63,111 nt of DNA from an uncultured Planctomycetia bacterium (GTDB lineage Bacteria; Omnitrophota; Gorgyraeia; B26-G9), in NCBI GenBank assembly GCA_964437495.1, contig CAYTGV010000012.1:1-63111 (forward strand), in the 5' to 3' direction. Under the pieces are notes generated by a model that worked only from the letters and a program-made list of their open reading frames with translations, had not been told where the DNA came from and ran no database searches. The position numbers and the translations under genes were made by a program. Numbering within the stretch: position 1 is the first letter of the stretch; each line of letters opens with the position of its first letter. Below are positions 19,223 through 28,649 of the stretch, piece by piece.

Positions 19223-21051
19223 CTTAAAACCTCCTTTTGATACAAAGCAAAACTGCTCATTTTAATATTTAAATTTTGTTTGTTTTCAATAATATCAGGC
19301 AGCAAAGTCCCTTCGCCGCCCCAGATTTCTTGCGCCGAATCAATGATTTTATTCCATTTCCCTTCACTGGATTCAAAAGAAAAAGAAACATCAGATTTAA
19401 AAAAATTCATCACGCAGAATAATTCGCTTTTATTATACCACCTTCTCCAAAACAAAAGCCTTTGTTTTTCATTAAGCGACATTTCAATCGAATTCTTATC
19501 AAGCTTTCTTAAACTTGGAAGTGTTTTTCTTAGTTCTATCAACTTTTTATAAAAATTGAGCATCACTTTATGATGCGCTTCATTTCTCTTATTCCAGCTC
19601 AGCTTTGAAAGATTAAATGTCTCCTTATCCTGTGCATCAGCAGGAGTCCCAGCATAACCAAAAGAAGCGAATTCATGTCTCCTTCCACTGTGTACAGCTT
19701 TTATCAATTTTTCGTCGCTATGTTCAACAAAATATAAGAAAGGTGCAATTTCTGCATACTCTTGACCCATGAAAAGCATCGGAACATAGGGGGAAAGTAT
19801 TACTGAAGCCGCAGCGAGTTTAAGCATTTCAAAGGGTACTAATTGCGATAGTCTTTCGCCTTTGAGCCTATTACCTATCTGATCATGGTTTTGAGAAAAA
19901 ACGATAAACTGATGAGCAGCGATGTCCTGGCTTGAATTACCATGATATCTTTTCCTGAAATTAGAATACTCTCCTTGATAAACAAATCCGTATCCAAAGG
20001 CCCGGCTCATTTTTTCCATCTGTTGGAAATCCTGATAATACCCTGTTTTCTCTCCAGTTATAATAGCATGCAAGCAATGATGAAAATCATCGTTCCATTG
20101 CGCATCTATTCCATAACCGCCTTGTGATCTTGGCTTGATGATACAGGCATCATTCAAATCACTCTCGGCTATCAAATAGTATTTCTTCTGTTTCCTGCAT
20201 GAAAAATCATCGATATTCTCAGCTAATTCTTTTAAAAAATGTTTAGCGCTCATATCATGAATCCCATGTACAGCATCTAAACGCAATCCATCTAGATGAT
20301 AATTTTCAAGCCAGAATAGCGCATTCTCAATAAAGTACTTTCTTACCTCTGAGCTGTATCGATCATCAAAATTCAATGCCATCCCCCAGGGAGTTTTATA
20401 TTTATCAGTAAAGTAAGGCCCGAAATCAGCCAGATAATTCCCTTCCGGTCCCAGGTGGTTATAAACAACATCAAGAATGACTGATATTCCATGGGCATGA
20501 GATGCATTCACAAGTTTTTTTAGCTCATCACAACCGCCATAAGAATTCTGCACAGCAAACGGATAAACCCCATCATAGCCCCAGTTCCTGCTTCCGGGAA
20601 ACTGGGCAACAGGCATTAGTTCTAAAGTTGTAATCCCCAGATCTACCATTTCTTTTAAACGCGGGATAATATGGTTAAAATCACCTTCTTTTGTGAAAGT
20701 GCCCACATGCAATTCGTAGATCACCATCTCCGAAAGCCCCACCCCGGAAAAAGAAAAATCATCCCATATAAAACTATTATGTTCGACAACCGCGGAAGGA
20801 CCATGTACCCCCTCAGGCTGATAAGCCGAAGCCGGATCCGGCCTTTTCTTATCACCGTCAATCTGATAAAGGTAAGTTGCCCCGGAAGGAATATTTTCAA
20901 CTACTGCCTTCCAATATCCCAGATTATCTTTATCCATTTTTACTAAACGCCCTAATGGCGAGATAATCTTTAATTTTATATCTTTAGCGAGTGGAGCCCA
21001 GACAATAAATTCACACAAGCCTGATTTTATATAATTTACTCCTATTTTCAT
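19219..21051 (-). CDS. treZ: Malto-oligosyltrehalose trehalohydrolase
   Basis: 610 aa; GH13 motifs DVVYNH, GLRLDAVH, IAESD, SQNHDQIGNR. Confidence 0.93.
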   Translation of the reverse strand: MKIGVNYIKSGLCEFIVWAPLAKDIKLKIISPLGRLVKMDKDNLGYWKAVVENIPSGATYLYQIDGDKKRPDPASAYQPEGVHGPSAVVEHNSFIWDDFSFSGVGLSEMVIYELHVGTFTKEGDFNHIIPRLKEMVDLGITTLELMPVAQFPGSRNWGYDGVYPFAVQNSYGGCDELKKLVNASHAHGISVILDVVYNHLGPEGNYLADFGPYFTDKYKTPWGMALNFDDRYSSEVRKYFIENALFWLENYHLDGLRLDAVHGIHDMSAKHFLKELAENIDDFSCRKQKKYYLIAESDLNDACIIKPRSQGGYGIDAQWNDDFHHCLHAIITGEKTGYYQDFQQMEKMSRAFGYGFVYQGEYSNFRKRYHGNSSQDIAAHQFIVFSQNHDQIGNRLKGERLSQLVPFEMLKLAAASVILSPYVPMLFMGQEYAEIAPFLYFVEHSDEKLIKAVHSGRRHEFASFGYAGTPADAQDKETFNLSKLSWNKRNEAHHKVMLNFYKKLIELRKTLPSLRKLDKNSIEMSLNEKQRLLFWRRWYNKSELFCVMNFFKSDVSFSFESSEGKWNKIIDSAQEIWGGEGTLLPDIIENKQNLNIKMSSFALYQKEVLR

Positions 21052-21183
21052 CTACACTTCCTTGTTTAAAATTATAAATACAGCGGATTTTAATTTATAT
21101 ATATTAAAAATCTAAGTTTAAGGCAAGAATATCATCAGAAAAAAATAAGATTAAACCTTGCTCGAAACTTATCTATGAAAGCC

Positions 21184-23622
21184 TTATTTTATTAAATTCA
21201 CAGCAATCGTTTCTCCAGGCGCAAGTAAATATTTTTTTGAATTGACCTTTATCGGAAGTTTCCCCTCACCCAGTATATTTTTTCTTAAAAATATTTTAAC
21301 TCTAGTTTTTTTAATATCAAAGACCAGTGAATTCCCCTTATAAATAATGTTGAATTTTAGCCTTTGCCACTTAAGGGGCAATTTAGGATTGACCTCAATC
21401 ACATCATCCAAGACCTTTATACCGGCAAAACTCCTCATAACGATATCAAGTGATCCGCCCATGACGCCGGCATGAATCCCTTCCGTAGTAGTACCTCCCT
21501 GAGTATCATTTATATCTGATTTTAAAACCTCCATGAACCAGTCCCATAATGCCTTTGCCTTGCCTACCTCCTGCGAAACAAAGCAATGTACAACTTTACT
21601 TAGAGTAGATCCGTGAGAAGTGCGTTTTATATAATAATCATAATTATTTTTCAAAAGTTTGTTGGTAAAATCATATCCCGCCGCATTAAAAATAGTCTTC
21701 ACTTCATCCTGAGTCAGTAAATAAAAAATCATCAATACATCTGCTTGCTTGGCCACCTTATAATTATCCGGAGACTTCCCTTCTGCTTTAAGAATCCTGT
21801 CCATGCGGTGTATATCTTTGTATTTTTTCTTATACCAAGTCCAATCAAGCTCTTTAAGGCTAAAATATCCCTTAAATTGCGCTATAATACCATTGCTATC
21901 CATGACAATACTCATTTTACGTATTATGCGTTCCCAGCGGTTGGTTTCATAATCGGTTAGTTCTAATTTTTTTCTAAGCCGCGTCGCCCTTTTCTTAGAA
22001 ACTAATTTTAGTATTTCCTGCGCCTTTTTCAGTGTCCAAACAATCATTACATTTGTATATGCATTATCAATAAGACCCGAATGTGGAATACCTGGAAATT
22101 TTTCATGAAATTCATCCGGCCCCATAACTCCACGCACATGATATCTTTTCTTTTTAGCATCATATTCGCATAAACTGCACGCAAACTGAGCAATAGAAAT
22201 AATCATCTCCGCGCCGTATTTCTCAAGAAACTCAATTTCATGCGTAGATTTCCAGTAATTCCAGGCATTGTACGCAATCGCAAATGATACATGCCTTTGA
22301 TTACGGCTGTAATCAGCCCCCCATTTACCTGAACGAGGATTTAAATGCACAACCTGAGTTTCTTCTCTGCCGCTTGATCCACTTTGCCAGGGAAACATCG
22401 CGCCTTTATATCCGTTATCTATGGCATACTGCCTTGCCTTTTCCAGGCGCTTGTATCGGTATAAAAGCAATGCCTTTGCTATTTGCGGCATATGCATACT
22501 GAAAAAAGGCAGGACAAATACTTCATCCCAGAACACATGCCCCCGATAAGCCTCACCATGCAAGCCGCGTGCAGGTAACCCGGCATCAATTTCCTTATTG
22601 TGCGGTGAAGCAGTCTGCAGTAAGTGGAAAATGTGCAGACGCAGAACCTGCTGAGAAAAAACATCTCCTTCTATTTCTACATCAAATTCATCCCAAAGTT
22701 TTCTCCAGGCCTTTACATGAGTCGTAAGCAGAATATCAAATTTTGGCAATTTCTTTGCTAAATTAATTGCTTCTACTTTTGCATTTTTAACGCCGGTATC
22801 CCTTGACGTGAATATTGCTACTGTTTTTTCTATACTGTAACTCTGATGTTTTTGAGCAAACACTCTGAATTCCTGGCCAACAACCTGGTTGCCGTGTCTA
22901 ATAATATCAATTGCCGGCTTAAGCTCTTTTGCCTTGGAAAAAACCCTCAGTTTTGCCGCCTCATAAATCTCAACTTTTGACTGGCTGGTTTTAGCTCCCA
23001 AATAAACTCCGTTACGGGTAAATTTTCCAAGTTCATGAGATCTCCAGTGATTAAAATTTAGTTGCCGATACCTCTCAACATTCATATTCAATACTGCTCC
23101 GTCAAGCATGGAACGCACACTTATATAATCGCTATAATTATCCGGAGTAATCTCATATTTTATTGCTGCAATGTGAGGATTTGCCATGCTTACAATTCTT
23201 GTCTCATGTATCCATGTCCTGCGTCCATGCGGCATCTGACATAATATTTTTCTGATTAGTTTTCCATTACGCATATCAAGTTCCTGATAAAAAGAAAGAA
23301 TTCTAGTCGCAGAGGGGCTAAACCATACTCCATCCCGGACCTTAAAGGTCAGATATGTCCAGTTAGGACAGTTAACCAGGTCTTCATTGTAGATAGTCCG
23401 CCCGGCTATATTCGTAGCTAAACGATTGTACAGCCCTGCCAGATATGTACCAGGATAATGCATTTCCGTAGGAACTGTTTCCGACGCAGCACCTCTTGTG
23501 CCAAAATATCCGTTTCCAAGAGTGCAAAGGGCTTCTCGCAAACTCTCTTCTTCAGGCTCAAAACGTTTATAAATCAATTTCCAAGGATATTCTTTTTGCA
23601 TATCAGCTTTCTTTCTAACCAT
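21184..23622 (-). CDS. GH65-family disaccharide phosphorylase (trehalose / trehalose-6-P / kojibiose / maltose phosphorylase type)
   Basis: 812 aa; GLHGEAYRGHVFWD and the (alpha/alpha)6 region typical of GH65. Substrate cannot be determined by eye. Confidence 0.88.
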   Translation of the reverse strand: MVRKKADMQKEYPWKLIYKRFEPEEESLREALCTLGNGYFGTRGAASETVPTEMHYPGTYLAGLYNRLATNIAGRTIYNEDLVNCPNWTYLTFKVRDGVWFSPSATRILSFYQELDMRNGKLIRKILCQMPHGRRTWIHETRIVSMANPHIAAIKYEITPDNYSDYISVRSMLDGAVLNMNVERYRQLNFNHWRSHELGKFTRNGVYLGAKTSQSKVEIYEAAKLRVFSKAKELKPAIDIIRHGNQVVGQEFRVFAQKHQSYSIEKTVAIFTSRDTGVKNAKVEAINLAKKLPKFDILLTTHVKAWRKLWDEFDVEIEGDVFSQQVLRLHIFHLLQTASPHNKEIDAGLPARGLHGEAYRGHVFWDEVFVLPFFSMHMPQIAKALLLYRYKRLEKARQYAIDNGYKGAMFPWQSGSSGREETQVVHLNPRSGKWGADYSRNQRHVSFAIAYNAWNYWKSTHEIEFLEKYGAEMIISIAQFACSLCEYDAKKKRYHVRGVMGPDEFHEKFPGIPHSGLIDNAYTNVMIVWTLKKAQEILKLVSKKRATRLRKKLELTDYETNRWERIIRKMSIVMDSNGIIAQFKGYFSLKELDWTWYKKKYKDIHRMDRILKAEGKSPDNYKVAKQADVLMIFYLLTQDEVKTIFNAAGYDFTNKLLKNNYDYYIKRTSHGSTLSKVVHCFVSQEVGKAKALWDWFMEVLKSDINDTQGGTTTEGIHAGVMGGSLDIVMRSFAGIKVLDDVIEVNPKLPLKWQRLKFNIIYKGNSLVFDIKKTRVKIFLRKNILGEGKLPIKVNSKKYLLAPGETIAVNLIK

Positions 23623-23635
23623 TAAGGCTTATTTC

Positions 23636-25246
23636 TCAGTCACCTACTAATTGATTAAAGAGTCTGGCCACTTCATCCGGTGTACTCAGACGAAATCCAG
23701 CAGCAGATATCTTTTCCTGATCGCTTACAAGTATGCCCACGCCCTGGCTGTTTACCGCTCTGAAGGCATCTTCATCTGTTGTATCATCTCCAAAGTAAAA
23801 TACCGTATGGTCTTTCCATGATAAATCAAGCGCCTTCATTATCCAGCGCACTGCCTTGCCTTTATTCCAGTCAATAGCTGGTAAAATTTCGAAAACCATT
23901 TTTCCATGCATAAGACGCAATGTATTATTCTCCGCAACAACTTTTTCAACATATTCTTTTATTTTAGGAAATTCTTCTTTATTAACCAAACGATAATGTA
24001 CTGCAACACTGAATTTTTTTTCCTCAATGATTACTCCTTTTATATCCGATAGAGCAGTTTTTAAAATTCCAGTTACCTCCTCAACTACAGGAATAGTTTC
24101 TTTTGCCTTGGGCTGTATCATCGACATGCCATTTCCTGAGATATCAAAGCCATGGCTTCCCGCATAAAAAATCCCCTCAATGCCTGCAAGTTTTTCCACA
24201 TCCTCACGCATTCTACCGCTGACAATTGCCGTAGTAAACCTAAAAGAAAGCTTCTTTACAAGCTCACGCATTTGCTCATTAATAATAGCATCCTGCGGCC
24301 TGTCGACTATTGGCGTAAGTGTTCCATCATAATCAAGGAAAAATACAATTTTTTTATCTGACTTGAATATAGACTCCGGCAATTCAAAATACTGCGGATT
24401 AATCGTCAGATCATTTTTATCGCCTTTTATTTTCGCGTATGCGCCTTCAAGTAATTTTTTATCACTCCAGCAATCAAATAAAGGAACCGGTTTTCGGTCA
24501 AACCATGCTTGTATCCTATCCAGGCTTAATGCTGAAAAGGAGGTTATTACTGCATCTGCTCCATTTTGGTTTAGGGCAGCTATATTATCGCTTCTGGCTA
24601 CACCAACAACAAAAGCAAACCCTCCGTTTCTGCCGGATTGAACCCCTGATATTGCGTCTTCAAAAACTACACTTAGGCTTGGAAGCGTTCCTAAATTCAT
24701 AGCCGCCTGAACAAATATATCGCCTTCGGGCTTTCCTTCAAGGCCCATCTCCTCCGCTATAATTCCATCCACTCTTGTATCAAATAAATCCAGGACTCCA
24801 GCTGACTTCAGAATAAACTCGCAATTTTTAGAAGAAGAGACTACCCCGACTTTAATACCGTTCTTTTTTAAATCCTTTATCAGCTCTATGCACGGCTTAT
24901 ATACCTCTACCCCATTTGTTAGAAGTACCTGTTGGAATTTTGCATTTTTATTATTGCCGATTGCATATATTGTCTTTTGTTCAGCCGTGTCTTCAGGGCT
25001 GCCCAGGGGCCAGAATATATCTCTTGATTCTAAAAAACTTTTTATACCCTTTAATCTTGGCTTACCGTCCACAAAATTAAGATAATCAACATGCGTGAAT
25101 TCTTTAAAAAGCTGCCCCTCTAAACCTGCCTTTTCCTTTAGGCATTCATCAAAAACCAATTTCCAGGCATCTGCATGGACAATTGCTGTTTTTGTTATAA
25201 CCCCATCCATATCAAAAATACCAGCCTCAAAAAAATACTTTCCCAT
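23636..25246 (-). CDS. Fusion protein: beta-phosphoglucomutase-like HAD domain + trehalose-phosphatase (OtsB-like) domain
   Basis: N-half: GIFDMDGVITKT ... VVSSSKN ... VFEDAISGV. C-half: VFFLDYDGTLTPIV ... AIVSGR ... YFGDDTTDEDAF. Confidence 0.85.
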   Translation of the reverse strand: MGKYFFEAGIFDMDGVITKTAIVHADAWKLVFDECLKEKAGLEGQLFKEFTHVDYLNFVDGKPRLKGIKSFLESRDIFWPLGSPEDTAEQKTIYAIGNNKNAKFQQVLLTNGVEVYKPCIELIKDLKKNGIKVGVVSSSKNCEFILKSAGVLDLFDTRVDGIIAEEMGLEGKPEGDIFVQAAMNLGTLPSLSVVFEDAISGVQSGRNGGFAFVVGVARSDNIAALNQNGADAVITSFSALSLDRIQAWFDRKPVPLFDCWSDKKLLEGAYAKIKGDKNDLTINPQYFELPESIFKSDKKIVFFLDYDGTLTPIVDRPQDAIINEQMRELVKKLSFRFTTAIVSGRMREDVEKLAGIEGIFYAGSHGFDISGNGMSMIQPKAKETIPVVEEVTGILKTALSDIKGVIIEEKKFSVAVHYRLVNKEEFPKIKEYVEKVVAENNTLRLMHGKMVFEILPAIDWNKGKAVRWIMKALDLSWKDHTVFYFGDDTTDEDAFRAVNSQGVGILVSDQEKISAAGFRLSTPDEVARLFNQLVGD

Positions 25247-25576
25247 ATATACCCCTTGGTTTACGAATTAAACAAACTCATGTGATTTTAATCAGAAAAT
25301 TCAGTATTAACTAACTAATCTACCTTAGAATCAATATTCTTTGATACAATATTAATATCTGCAATTAGTTATCTTTACTATAATAACACAAAAAACTCTA
25401 AAATAGAAATTGAATTCAAGGGTTGTTTTCTTCATTCAGCCAGTTCTGCCATTTTTCTTTATCAGGACCATATAAGGTCCTTTAACCTTATCTGTTAATT
25501 ATAGCAGAATAACATTAAAGGGTCGATAGGATATGTATTGTAAATATTCGGTAAGAAAAAAAATTAGAAGAGATAT

Positions 25577-25960
25577 TTAGGCGTCAAGATTAAATTCTGT
25601 GTTAGCTTCATTTGCTCTTGAGTCATTCCATTTTTTATAGCAATAATCAATAAGGAATTGTCTTTCAGTTGGGTCCATTGATTTAAGCTCAATCCCAACA
25701 TTGAATTTTGCATTGCTCACTTCAGCGCAATCCCTTATCCAGACAACTTTTCCGCTTGAGAAAAAAGGCATTATCGTATCAGGAAATGTCATTTCGCAGT
25801 CCAAGATAGCTCCATTTTTAATGCGATTGTTCAAAACCGCTTTAAACCCGCCTCGGCTAAAGTTATCCGTAGTCAGCAATCCTCTTGTTTGAGTATTGCG
25901 TACTTGAAATTCACCGCTTATATTTGCACCAAAACGCATATGTTTTCTTCGTTCATCCAT
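25577..25960 (-). CDS. PilZ-domain protein
   Basis: 127 aa; RRKHMRF ... DNFSRGGF matches the RxxxR ... D/NxSxxG c-di-GMP binding pattern. Confidence 0.75.
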   Translation of the reverse strand: MDERRKHMRFGANISGEFQVRNTQTRGLLTTDNFSRGGFKAVLNNRIKNGAILDCEMTFPDTIMPFFSSGKVVWIRDCAEVSNAKFNVGIELKSMDPTERQFLIDYCYKKWNDSRANEANTEFNLDA

Positions 25961-26122
25961 TATGATATTTTCCTGCTATCTTAAAATGCGGGCTTATTTG
26001 CCTAACTATGTTTTTCCTTAAATCTGATTAAGTATACCACAAAAGTAAAAATTTACAAGCCCCCAGCAAGAGATTTAATTCAGTCAGGCAATATTACTAC
26101 TATTCTAATTAGAGCTAATCAT

Positions 26123-27211
26123 TTAAGGCTTATTTAAAGCAGCAACAGCGTCCTCGACTATTTCATCCATTAACTCTTTAACTGAAACTATTTTATTTAT
26201 CCGGTAAACATTGCTACCGGCAAACACAACCGAATCATCGATATTACCGCTAACAGCATTAAACAATGCCCTGGCTATGCAATATGGCGCAGTTGCGGGA
26301 TTACAAGTTTTAAGACAGCGGTAAGTACATTTAAAAGGCTCTCTTTTTCCTTCTACTACCCGCTTAATAAGTTCTGTTTTTATAGATCTGCCAGGCATTC
26401 CGACAGGACTTTTTATTATCACCACATCCTCTTTTTTAGCATCAAGATAGCACTGTTTAAATCCGTCAGGAACCGCACACTCATAAGTTGTCACAAAACG
26501 TGTTGCTATCTGTACTGCATTCACCCCCAGTTTAAAAAACCTTGCAGCATCTTTGCCGTCAAATATGCCTCCTGCGGCAATAATGGGAATAGTTGCTTTA
26601 TAGGATTTTTCATATTCTCGAACTACCTTAATGACATCACTCACTAATTCCTCAAGCAAATTATCCTTGGGCGAGATTAATTCATCAAAATGAAAACCCA
26701 GATGACCTCCGGCCAGAGGACCTTCAACAACAATAGCATCCGGGAAAATATTATAGCGCTTTTTCCAGGTTTTCAATATCAACTCTGTTGCACGGCCAGA
26801 AGAAACAATAGGAATAATTTTAACTGAACTCCCTTCTAAATAAGCCGGGAGTTTAATTGGAAGACCTGCCCCAGAAACAAGAAAATCAGCTTTTTCTTCT
26901 GCAACAACATGAGCAAGATCCTCATAATTAGTTACAGCCACAAGGATATTGGCTCCAACAACCCCATCGGTCATTTTTTTAGCCTTACGTATTTCGTTCT
27001 GCAATCCAACTCTTGATGCCTTAACAAAATCTATATCATTCTCCTTAGTACCATAGCCAAGTCCAACACTTGCTATAGTACCAGCCCCACCGCAATTTGC
27101 TACAGCACTTGCCAAAGGTGCTCTTGAAATAGCAACTCCCATACCCCCCTGGATTATTGGAATTTTAACTTCCAAGTCTCCAAGAATAAGAGGTTTAAGT
27201 TCATTAATCAT
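26123..27211 (-). CDS. Nitronate monooxygenase-family FMN enzyme (FabK-like enoyl-ACP reductase II candidate)
   Basis: 362 aa; PIIQGGMGVAIS, GAGTIA, AAGGIFDG TIM-barrel NMO/FabK motifs. Confidence 0.85.
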   Translation of the reverse strand: MINELKPLILGDLEVKIPIIQGGMGVAISRAPLASAVANCGGAGTIASVGLGYGTKENDIDFVKASRVGLQNEIRKAKKMTDGVVGANILVAVTNYEDLAHVVAEEKADFLVSGAGLPIKLPAYLEGSSVKIIPIVSSGRATELILKTWKKRYNIFPDAIVVEGPLAGGHLGFHFDELISPKDNLLEELVSDVIKVVREYEKSYKATIPIIAAGGIFDGKDAARFFKLGVNAVQIATRFVTTYECAVPDGFKQCYLDAKKEDVVIIKSPVGMPGRSIKTELIKRVVEGKREPFKCTYRCLKTCNPATAPYCIARALFNAVSGNIDDSVVFAGSNVYRINKIVSVKELMDEIVEDAVAALNKP

Positions 27212-27276
27212 ATCTTCCTATCTTTCTTTCCATATACTTACTACTCAATCAACAACTAATATACTTACATTTCTTT

Positions 27277-27354
27277 TGGGGTGGATGAGGGGACTCGAAC
27301 CCCCGGCCTCATGAACCACAATCATGAGCTCTAACCAACTGAGCTACATCCACC
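27277..27354 (-). tRNA. tRNA-His (GTG), CCA encoded, with the extra 5' G(-1)
   Basis: rc = GGTGGATGTAGCTCAGTTGGTTAGAGCTCATGATTGTGGTTCATGAGGCCGGGGGTTCGAGTCCCCTCATCCACCCCA; anticodon loop TTGTGGT. Confidence 0.93.
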
Positions 27355-27377
27355 ATAAAAAAAATTATAGCTAAATT

Positions 27378-27454
<77 letters not shown>

Positions 27455-27498
27455 ACAAATCTAGATTTATTAAATAACAGGTTAAAAGAATTAATTAA

Positions 27499-27547
27499 AC
27501 CTAATCCCTGAAACCTAATCCCTAAAACCTAAACCCTATCCCCTATC
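27499..27547. repeat. Heptamer tandem repeat between tRNA-Pro and tRNA-Arg
   Basis: acctaat ccctgaa acctaat ccctaaa acctaaa ccctatc ccctatc (minus strand: GATAGGG GATAGGG TTTAGGT TTTAGGG ATTAGGT TTCAGGG ATTAGGT). Confidence 0.8.
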
Positions 27548-27553
27548 TTTAAA

Positions 27554-27632
27554 TGGTCGGGGCAGGTGGATTCGAACCACCGACCTCTTGGTCCCAAACC
27601 AAGCGCTCTAAGCCAAGCTGAGCAATGCCCCG
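27554..27632 (-). tRNA. tRNA-Pro (TGG), CCA encoded
   Basis: rc = CGGGGCATTGCTCAGCTTGGCTTAGAGCGCTTGGTTTGGGACCAAGAGGTCGGTGGTTCGAATCCACCTGCCCCGACCA; anticodon loop TTTGGGA. Confidence 0.9.
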
Positions 27633-27660
27633 AATCAATTACAAATACTTAGATAATATT

Positions 27661-27703
27661 TTAATATTAAAAGTGCAGAGAAATAGTCTTTACTTCTCTA
27701 CAC
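27661..27703 (-). terminator. Rho-independent terminator after the 123-aa secreted-protein gene
   Basis: Minus strand GTGTAGAGAA-(11 nt)-TTCTCTGCAC followed by TTTTAATATT. Confidence 0.65.
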
Positions 27704-27734
27704 TCAAATAAAAACATATAAATTGTATTATTTA

Positions 27735-28106
27735 TTACTTTTTGCCCTGATTCTTATCCTGTTTAGCTGTCTTAACAATGCTTAAGGAAACAAGCGTATT
27801 TTTTTCTTTGCCCTTGGCATCTTTTTCTTTTCGAAAAGTTGTTAAAACCGTTGCATCATTTTTAAGTTCCTTCAGGGAAACAGTTATAGACTCACCCTTA
27901 CTGGTTTTAAGTACTATATTTGATTCTCCGCGCGACTTAAAATCCACATACTCAACTTTACCCACAGCACCAAATACATTCTGGTTCTTTGTTCCCAAAG
28001 TAAGTACCGAAGATTCCGCTTTTTCTTCTGCAAACAAGTTCTCCCCCTGTGCAGCTACAAACAGTAATGCAATTATAGTACTTATTATAAGTAAATTTTT
28101 CCCCAT
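27735..28106 (-). CDS. Hypothetical secreted protein
   Basis: 123 aa; signal-peptide-like N-terminus (LLIISTIIALLFVAAQG), Lys-rich tail, no recognisable family. Confidence 0.6.
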   Translation of the reverse strand: MGKNLLIISTIIALLFVAAQGENLFAEEKAESSVLTLGTKNQNVFGAVGKVEYVDFKSRGESNIVLKTSKGESITVSLKELKNDATVLTTFRKEKDAKGKEKNTLVSLSIVKTAKQDKNQGKK

Positions 28107-28207
28107 TTTTTCCTCCTCAATAAAGCCAAAAAGTTAAATTTAGTATAACACCATTTAATAGTAAGGTCAAGAAATTAGGATCTTAAGTCCCCCCTTCCGC
28201 AAATTGA

Positions 28208-28612
28208 CTAAAAAGAACGCTTCCAGAATAACTTAAGACGCTCATCGTCCGGGTCTACCCTAACATCAACTTTATATCGATTGAGATACGGATCATCAAG
28301 CTTATTAAGCCATTCCAAATAATCAACCCCCTTTTCCAATAATTCCGAGAACTGAGGAATATAGTATTCATTAATTGTAAGCCTGACTGTTTCAGGCGTT
28401 ATTTTCCTTTTATCAGGGTATTTATTCTCTACGGTTTCCTGTTCGTTAATTGTTTTGTTCCAACCAGCTGTTACAAAGCTATAATTAGAGCCCTCCTTTT
28501 GATTAGACTCTAAAGCAAACAAACAATTAACACCCGATGCAAAAAAAAGCACTATTATAATAAAAGCCATGCATCGAACTTTTAATTTTAACTTATATTT
28601 AATTTTTTTCAT
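28208..28612 (-). CDS. Hypothetical exported/membrane-anchored protein
   Basis: 134 aa; basic N-terminus then a hydrophobic helix (MAFIIIVLFFASGVNCLFA); no family recognised. Confidence 0.55.
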   Translation of the reverse strand: MKKIKYKLKLKVRCMAFIIIVLFFASGVNCLFALESNQKEGSNYSFVTAGWNKTINEQETVENKYPDKRKITPETVRLTINEYYIPQFSELLEKGVDYLEWLNKLDDPYLNRYKVDVRVDPDDERLKLFWKRSF

Positions 28613-28649
28613 ACCAATAACTTAAAGGCCAATGGCAATATATACATTA

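Noticed and set aside
27499-27547. TTTAGGG-like units read as telomeric repeats or a linear replicon end
   Set aside because: The array is only seven degenerate units long. It is embedded between two tRNA genes in the middle of a contiguous gene array, which is not a chromosome terminus.
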